Shown piece by piece: positions 47,800 to 55,900 of a DNA stretch of 64,000 bases. The translations under genes were made by a program, and so were the position numbers. How positions within the stretch are numbered: the stretch's first letter is position 1; each line of letters opens with the position of its first letter. Under the pieces are notes generated by a model. That model was not told the DNA's origin. It saw nothing but the letters and a program-made list of their open reading frames with translations, and made no database searches. Source of the stretch: an uncultured Planctomycetales bacterium (GTDB lineage: Bacteria > Omnitrophota > Gorgyraeia > Gygaellales > Profunditerraquicolaceae); contig CAZOGI010000010.1 in the NCBI GenBank assembly GCA_964579435.1, positions 23,583-87,582 on the forward strand. The letters run 5' to 3'.

Positions 47800-49704
47800 A
47801 TGCAAGGATACCCCATGACTGATCGCCGATTCAACCTTTTCATCAGCTTCGCCTGCCTGGCGCTCATCGCGCTCTCCTACGCCAACACTCTCAAGGCGGA
47901 TTTCCACTTCGACGATTTCGACAGCATCGTCAATGTCCCGGCGATCCGCAGCCTGACCAATTTCAAGGAGATATTCCGTCTCACCGAACGGCCGCTCGTC
48001 AACTACTCCTTCGCCGTCAACTACTTCTTCGGAAAACTCAACGTCACCGGATTCCATCTGGTCAATATCGGGCTCCACGCGCTCTGCACGCTGCTGGTCT
48101 TTTTCTTCCTGCGGGAATTGCTTGGCGTACCCCTGCTTAAGGAACGCTACAGCCAAAAGATTGGCCGGTGGCTCTCTGCGGGAAGCGCGTTTCTTTTTGC
48201 CGTCCATCCGGCCAGAGTGGAAGCGGTCACGTATATTACCGCCCGATCGGAGAGCATGGCGTCGGCTTTTTATCTGCTCTCCTGCCTTTGCTTCCTGAAA
48301 TCCCTCTCTGACATCAAGAGAGAGCGGCTCTTCCAAGCGGCGGCAATTGTAGCCAGCGCCATCGGCATGGCAACCAAGGAGATCGTCGCCACACTGCCGG
48401 CGTCCCTGCTGCTGCTCGATTATCTTTTTGTGTGCGCCGGGAATCCCGCCTGCCTGAAGAAACGCGCCCGGTTCCATGCCTCGATGTTCGCCACGATCGC
48501 CGTTACCGTTGCGCTGGTGCTCTATTCGGACAAATGGGGAGCAGCCGGACTGGGTAACCCGAACCTGCACACGCCCCTTCAACACGCCCTCAGTGGTTTG
48601 CGCGCGTACGTCTATTATCTGGCCCTTTTCATCTTTCCGGCACCCGGACGCCTTAACTTCGACACCGATTTTGCCCTCTCCCGCAGCTTCACCGAACCGC
48701 AGGTCCTCGGCGCAAGCCTCTTCATCGCCGCGGCACTTGTCTTGGCCCTGTACGAATCGCGCCGGTGCCCCTTGATCACCTTCGCGATCTTGTGGTATTT
48801 TCTCCTGCTTCTGCCGACCACCAGCTTCATTCCGATCGAAGACCTCGTCTATGAGCGCAGGATGTATCTGGCCGCGCTCGGGCCCGGGCTCATCACGCTC
48901 CTTGCCCTCGGGCCGCTTCCCCGACGCCTGCGCATCGGCATTCTGGCGCTGACAGTCGGGATCCTCTCCCTGTGGACCATCCAGCGCAACGCCATCTGGC
49001 GAACCGAATTCTCCCTCCTGAGCGATTCGCTCAAAAAATCTCCGTACAAAACCCGCACGCTTACGAATATGGGCATGTTTTACCTCACCAAACAACAGGA
49101 CTTAGCTGCTGCCCGCTCCTACCTTGCCAGGGCCTTGCACTACAACCCGGATGCGGCAAACAGCCTGCTGAATATGGGCGTGGTGCAGCTGTTGGAGAAC
49201 AATCTGTCCGGGGCAGAACAACTTTTCCGTAAATTGCTTTATCTCTTTCCGGACGCAACCGCCGGCTATGTCAACCTGGCGACCGTATACCGCCGCTCCG
49301 GCCGGCTCCGGGAAGCAGAAGAGCTTCTACGAACCGCAATCACCATCGAACCTTCCTTCGCGGAAGCGTACGGGAATCTGGGCGTTATTCTGGCAAGCAA
49401 AAGAGAATTTGAGGAAGCCGAAAAGGCGCTTATTAAATCAATCGCTCTGAATCCCGATCTGCCTGAGCCGCACCATAGCCTGGGGCTCATCTATCAGAAG
49501 AGGGGTGACCATAAAAACGCTATCACTCAATTCCAGAGAGCCGTCACTTTGCAGCCTCAATTTTCAAAGGCTCTTTACAGCATGGGCATCTCGTACCTGG
49601 CGCTTGGAGATAAAGAAAAAGCAGAGGAGACGTATGCGAAGCTCCTGAAAATCAATCTTGATCTGGCGCTAAACTTGTTGTCCAGGATTGAGTTAAGACT
49701 TTAG
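47800..49704 (+). CDS. TPR-repeat GT-C glycosyltransferase-like protein (TMTC/DUF1736-type)
   Basis: Track ORF 47749 trimmed to ATG 47800. TM1 then FHFDDFD, about 10 TM helices, and a C-terminal TPR array. Paralogue of 34685-37456. Confidence 0.7.
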   Translation: MQGYPMTDRRFNLFISFACLALIALSYANTLKADFHFDDFDSIVNVPAIRSLTNFKEIFRLTERPLVNYSFAVNYFFGKLNVTGFHLVNIGLHALCTLLVFFFLRELLGVPLLKERYSQKIGRWLSAGSAFLFAVHPARVEAVTYITARSESMASAFYLLSCLCFLKSLSDIKRERLFQAAAIVASAIGMATKEIVATLPASLLLLDYLFVCAGNPACLKKRARFHASMFATIAVTVALVLYSDKWGAAGLGNPNLHTPLQHALSGLRAYVYYLALFIFPAPGRLNFDTDFALSRSFTEPQVLGASLFIAAALVLALYESRRCPLITFAILWYFLLLLPTTSFIPIEDLVYERRMYLAALGPGLITLLALGPLPRRLRIGILALTVGILSLWTIQRNAIWRTEFSLLSDSLKKSPYKTRTLTNMGMFYLTKQQDLAAARSYLARALHYNPDAANSLLNMGVVQLLENNLSGAEQLFRKLLYLFPDATAGYVNLATVYRRSGRLREAEELLRTAITIEPSFAEAYGNLGVILASKREFEEAEKALIKSIALNPDLPEPHHSLGLIYQKRGDHKNAITQFQRAVTLQPQFSKALYSMGISYLALGDKEKAEETYAKLLKINLDLALNLLSRIELRL

Positions 49705-49810
49705 TGAGGAGTGAGGAGTTAGGAGTTTGGAGTTTGGAGCTATGCTTTTAGTTCGTATTTTCTCCCAACTCCTAACTCCCTACCCCCAACTCCCTACTCC
49801 CAACTCCCGA
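49705..49810. repeat. inverted arrays of heptanucleotide tandem repeats (long imperfect hairpin; possible terminator/insulator)
   Basis: Left arm: GAGGAGT GAGGAGT TAGGAGT TTGGAGT TTGGAGC. About a 20-nt AT-rich spacer. Right arm: CTCCCAA CTCCTAA CTCCCTA CCCCCAA CTCCCTA CTCCCAA CTCCCGA. The arms are largely complementary. Confidence 0.8.
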
Positions 49811-49910
49811 ATCACCTTGCCGCCTAAAATGAGCGATGGCATACTTTATAATAGGTAAGAAGATCGGCAACAAAAACCATGACACCAGAGACAAGAAAAC
49901 AAAAAAGAAA

Positions 49911-49938
49911 GTGACTCTTGAGAATAAAATAATATAAT
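49911..49938 (+). promoter_or_regulatory. candidate promoter GTGACT-16 nt-TATAAT, very short leader
   Basis: Sits in the AT-rich 245-nt intergenic region. -10 at 49933-49938, with ATG 49951 lying 12 nt downstream and no SD. Confidence 0.4.
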
Positions 49939-49950
49939 AATAGTTAAGCC

Positions 49951-52900
49951 ATGAAGAGCTTACCGACAAAGAAATTTTTCCGCACTTTTCTCATCCTGGG
50001 GATAACGACGCTCCTGTGCGCAACCCCGCATGCCCTTGCCGCAACCCGTTTCTATTTCGACGCCTCAACCGCAGCAGATGTCACTGCCTCCTATGACGCC
50101 GGCTGGGAATACCAATCCGAGGCAGGCCGCTACAAACTCAACAGGACCAAAGGCTCCTCCGCAATAACCATCGGCACCCAGATCGGCCCCTGGACCGCCG
50201 GCAGCGCCAACCAGGCCCTTGACCGCCAGTACATAAGCGATCCGATCGAAGCCCAGACCATAAGCGGCACGGTCAAAGGCCAGGTCATGTCGCGTGAATA
50301 CAACACCAGCGATAACGTGAACCGGATGTACATCACGGTCAAAGTCGTCTCCAACGACGGTTCCAGCGTGCGGGGGACACTCCTTGCCCTCAATACCTAT
50401 TACACGAATGCCGAACTGATCAGCAACGTAACCCACCGCAACGCCATCCTTGCCAATTCCGACACCGTCACCAACGTCACCGCGCAGCAGGGCGACCGCA
50501 TCCTCATCGAGATCGGCTTCGGCAGCTCGACAACCCAGACCACGCCCGAAGGCTCCTGCAAATGGGGGGAGAATGCATCCGACCTCCCGGAAAACGAAAC
50601 CCAAACAACCGACGGTGCGGGGTGGTTTGAGTTCTCCGCGGATATCACTTTCTATACTCCGCCCAAACCGCAATTCACCCAGAAAGCCTACCAGTGGGAG
50701 AATGACGATTCAACCTCAGGCGTCAACGCCAATTCACAGGCAGCCGAAGACAATACCGCCCTTACCGACGTGCGCATCGGACAGCGCCTCACCTGCAGGA
50801 TGCAGGTCGAGAACGACTCAACCGCCGCATCGAGCGACACCGTCTATCAGCTGCAGTGGGAGAACAACACCGATAACCCCGGGCGCTGGTTCCCGGTCGG
50901 CTACGGGACGCAGATCTCGTACGCAACCGGGCTCGCCGGCTTAAGCGGCGCCTCAACCGGCACCACCGCGCTCTGCGGAACCCCCACGTACACCATGGTC
51001 GCCGGCACCTGGCAGTCAGGGACGAGCCAGAACCCGCCCCACTCCATGGAGACGCAGCGAAGCGCGGAATTCTCTTTTGTCATCGACACCGCCAACGCAA
51101 AAGAAAATAAAGTCTATCGCCTGCGCCTCTTCGACAAAACAAACGCCCAGGCTTTCAATGCCTACACCGTCTATCCGCAGCTGACCACCGTCACCGCCGC
51201 CAACAACACCCTGCGCTACAGCAAAGAGCCACTCGATGCGGTGCAGAACACCTGGCGCATGGCCTCCTATCTGGACGAAACCGGCTATGACAACAGCGCC
51301 TCGGATAACTCGGTTTACGATTCGCTCCCCGCCCGGCGGCTTGCCCTTCGTGCGCAAGCCGACCTGACCTTTACCTCATTCGATGTTTCGCAATACCCGA
51401 CCTCGCAGATGGCCGTAGGCGTGGGAGACTTCAACAACGACGGCTACAACGACCTGCTCATGGGCGGCCAGCGCTACGCGACCTATGTCGGCCGGGCATA
51501 CCTTTATCTCGGCGGCAGCCCGATGGACAGCGTCTGTGACCTCACCATGCAGGCCGGTGCCCTCTACACCAATTCTTATTTCGGCTCCGCGGTCGCGGTC
51601 GGAGATATCAACAACGACAGTTTCGACGACGCCGTGGTCGGCAACTGGGGGTATTACCGTATGTACCTCTACTACGGCTCCACGACCATGAACAACGTCA
51701 TCGACATGACCTTTACCGGCGAAGCGACGAGCGACTACTACGGCTATTCGATCGGCATCAACGACGTCAACGGCGACAGCTTCAAGGATATCGTCACCAA
51801 CGCCCAGTGGTGGAATAACGGCCAGGGAAGACTCTACGTCTATTACGGCGGCACCACGATGAACAATGTTTGTGACCTGACGATAAACGGACAGGGAGGG
51901 GTGCACAACTATCCCGGGTTCGCCTGCGTCGTCGAAGACGTCAACAACGACAGTTTTGCCGACATACTCGTCAGCTCTCCCTACTACTACTATTCGGACA
52001 TGCGCGGCAGGGCATGGCTCTGGTACGGCGGAAACCCGATGGATGCCACCTGCGACAAGACCTTTACCGGAGAGACAACGGGCTCCTATTTCGGCGCTTC
52101 GGGATTATCGATCGGCGAAGTCAATAACGACGGCTTTAAGGACATCCTTATCGGAGCCTACGTCTACAGCTCCACGAAGGGCCGATCGTATCTTTTTTAT
52201 GGAGCGACCGGCACGAGCATGGATATAACCGCTGACAAAACCATCACCGGGAACGCGGGAGACTATCAGGGACAGGGAGAGCAGATCGTCGACGTCAATA
52301 ACGACGACTACGCTGACCTGGTCATCGGCGCCGATGCCTTCGGCAACAGCAGGGGAGTGGTCAAGATTTACTACGGCGGCGCCGACATGGACATCGTCGA
52401 AGACCTCAGCATCGCCACGGGCCAGACAGGCAACTATTTTTCCCAATCGGTCAATACGGGCGACCTGAACAACGACGGGGCCGCTGACCTGATCATCGGA
52501 GCCAACAGCTATCCGAGCCTCACCTACCAGGGCCGCGCCTGGGTTTATTACACCAAACCCCTCTTTGCCCCAACCCAGATCTTCGCCAAAAAGAACACCA
52601 ACAACACCGATTACATCGCCTTTGCCTGGAAAGGCAAAACCGACATGGCCGCAACTTCCGACAACATCATCGTCGAGGCTGCCCAGCAGACGGCGATGGA
52701 TGGCACTAACGACGAGACATTCACCGGAGAAGCGGGGAGCAATTTTTTCAGCAACTGTATCGCGCTTGCCGATTTCAACAACGACCATTACCAGGACCTG
52801 GTGCTGGGCGCCGACGGCTACAACAGCAACCAGGGCCGCGCCTATCTCTACTACGGCGGCACCGGCATAGTCGACACCGCCGCGGCACTTACGTTTAATT

Positions 52901-55900
52901 GTCCGGACACCGGCACCAATTATTTTGCGGGAGGCGGCTGGACCGTATCAACCGGGGACGTAAACGGGGACCTTTATGCCGACCTGCTCCTGGGGGCCGT
53001 CGGCTATAACACGAACATGGGCCGGGCTTTCCTGTACTTAAGCAAGCGCTTCGGCCTCATGGACGGCAGCCCTGACCTGACGCTCACCAGCCCGGCGACC
53101 GGCACAAACTCTTTCGGCAGGAACGCCGTCGGAGACGTCAACGGCGACGGTTTTGCCGATATGCTTATCGGTGCGCCCAGCTACGACACCAATAGGGGCC
53201 GGGTATACCTCTACTACGGCGCCTCAACTCCCGACGCCACTGCTGACCTGGTCCTCGCCGGCGAGACAACCGGAACCTATTTCGGCGACCGGATTGCGGT
53301 CAGTGACGTGAACGGCGATTATTTCTCGGACGTGCTGGTTATGGCTTATGCCTATGCCTCGACCCGCGGCAGGGCATACCTCTATTACGGCGGCACGACC
53401 ATGGATGCCACCTGTGACAAGACCTTTACCGGAGAAGCATCAAACACCAATTTCGGCCGCAGCGGCGGCATCGGCGATATCGATAACGACGGCTACGGCG
53501 ACGTCGTCATCGGGGCCAACCTGTACGCAACAAGCAGCGGCCGCGCCTATCTGTTCTGGGGCGCCACCAACATGGATGTCACCTGCGACAAAACCTTCAC
53601 CGGCGAAACAGCAAGCATACAGTTCGGCCAGGATGTCAGCATTTCCGACCTCAACGCCGACTCCTACGGGGATCTGGTCGTCACCGCCTACACCTGGAAC
53701 ACCAGCCAGGGCCGCGCCTATGTCTACAAAGGCGCCAGCCAGGCCTCCTTTGATACGACCTGTGACCTCACCTTAAGCGGCCTCACCACTACCGACAACT
53801 ACGGACGGGCCGCCCGCTCAGGCGATGTCAACAACGACGGATTCGCCGACCTGGTCGTCGGCGCCTACAATTACAACAGCGGACGCGGCCGGGCGTACCT
53901 CTATTACGGCGATACCGTCTCCTGGGTGACCCAGGCAACCGAAAGTTCCCTGGCAGCAGACACCCCCGGATGGATATACGCGTTCATCGATACCGACCCG
54001 AACCTCTATTACACGCCGGATAACTGGACGTATTGGCGGGTCTATCAGGCTCCGGGACAAGATACCAAAATTCTGGATATCGATTACGTGCAGTTCGACT
54101 TCCAGGCAACGGCGGTCAAGCTCATCTCTTTCTGGGCATTCGGCAAGGACGAAGAGGTCCAGGTCAGATGGGAAACCGCCTCTGAATCGCAGAACCTGGG
54201 CTTCAACCTCTACCGCTCGACATCCTCCGACGGAACTTACACCAAGATAAACGCAGGGATCATCTCCGGCCTCGGCAGCTCGCTGACCGGCAAAGAATAC
54301 TCCTTTACCGACGCCGATGTCTCAAACGGCCGCACCTACTACTACAAGCTGGAATCGATCGAGTTCACCGGCACCCGCGTCATGCACGGCCCCATCGAAG
54401 CGCATCCCGGGCTCGATGCCGACTCAGACGGCATGAGCGACGACTGGGAGGCGCATTACGGGCTCAACAGCGCTGACGCCTCGGACGCAGGGGCAGACCG
54501 CGACAGCGACGGACTGACGAATCTGCAGGAATACACCCTGGGCACCGACCCGACCCGCTCGGGCCAGGTAAGCGCAGGCGCAAGCGGCAGCGGCGGGCTC
54601 ACCGTCGTCTCCAGCGACTCAACCGGCATCACCCTGGAACTGCGCACCCCCGGGATCGAAAGCCGCACCGTCACCGTCAACAAACAAGCGTATCAATCCC
54701 TGAGCATCCCTGCCTATGCGCACGGCTATACGGCCATAAGCGCAAGCGCGCGCATGCCGGTCAAGCCGGTGATGCTTGCCCTGCCGCCCAATGCCGGCTG
54801 TTCCGTAGAAATCCTCAGCGAAGAGACGGAGATCTTCAGTAATTATACGGTAGAGCCGGTTACCACCTACACCCTGGAAGCGGATGCCAACGAAGAAGCG
54901 CTGCAATCGGGAGGCTTCGGCAAAACAGGACCGCTCGAGATAACGGTCGATCCGGCCGCGATCAACACCGTCTTCTATCAGCAGGACAGCAGCTATCCCG
55001 GGGAGCGCGCCGAGGTCGAATGGGTGGGAGATCTGCGCTCTCAGCGTATCGCCTGCCTGCGCCTGGCGCCGCTGCGCTTCAACCCGGCAAAGAAGGAGCT
55101 GACGATCTCCAAAGTCCTGCGCGTGCGGGTCACCTTTACCCAGGGAGGCGCTGCATCGGGAAACTGGCAGCTCTCCGAAACGGCCAAAAACGCGCGCATC
55201 AAGATCAAAACCGAAGGAGGCGGCATCCGCCGGCTTACCTGGACCGACCTGTATAACGCCGGCCTCACCGACGTGATCTGGTCCGACCCGCGACTCCTTT
55301 CCATGACCAACCTCGGCACGGAAATCGCTATCCGCGTCAAAGGCGAAGAGGACGGGATCTTCAATTTCGACGATTACGTGGAATTTTACGCCCGGGAAAT
55401 ACCGGCGCATTACGATGGATCGAGCCCCTACGCCGCGTATGCAAAATACTCTCCCCACAATGTTTACTTTTTGGGCTTTGGATCCTCCAACGGCAAACGC
55501 ATGGAGACGCGCGAAAGCAGCGCCAATGAAGGAAGCGTCTCGCCCGCGCGCTTCCGCCACACCGCCACCTTCGAGCAGAACGATTTTTACTGGAGCACCC
55601 GGGCGGGAGGGGAGCACGCAGACCGCTGGTTCTGGTCGCCTGCCCTCTGGGAAGACACGAGCCAGGAATACGCGCTGAACCTGCCCCATGTCGATGTCGA
55701 CAGCGCCGCCGAGACGGCAAGCGTCTCTTTGGTGTACTACCCGCTCCTGTACCTGCCGCAGCCCAGCGAAACCGCCAAAGCGACCGTCGCCCACGAAACA
55801 AGCGCAACCCTCAACGGCGTCTCCCTCGGCAGTGACACCTGGCAGGGCATGCAGGAACGCACCATCGAGGCGGAAATCGCACACGCCAGCCTTATTACCG

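Noticed and set aside
49705-49810. Heptamer arrays (and 29274-29334) as a CRISPR array
   Set aside because: The units are 7 nt with no unique spacers, the arrays are tiny, and no cas genes are present. They are simple tandem repeats.
49772-49969. 65-aa minus-strand ORF in the AT-rich intergenic region
   Set aside because: Its C-terminus (GVGSRELGVGS) is just the translation of the heptamer repeat. It runs antisense across the giant-gene promoter and start, and nothing supports coding.
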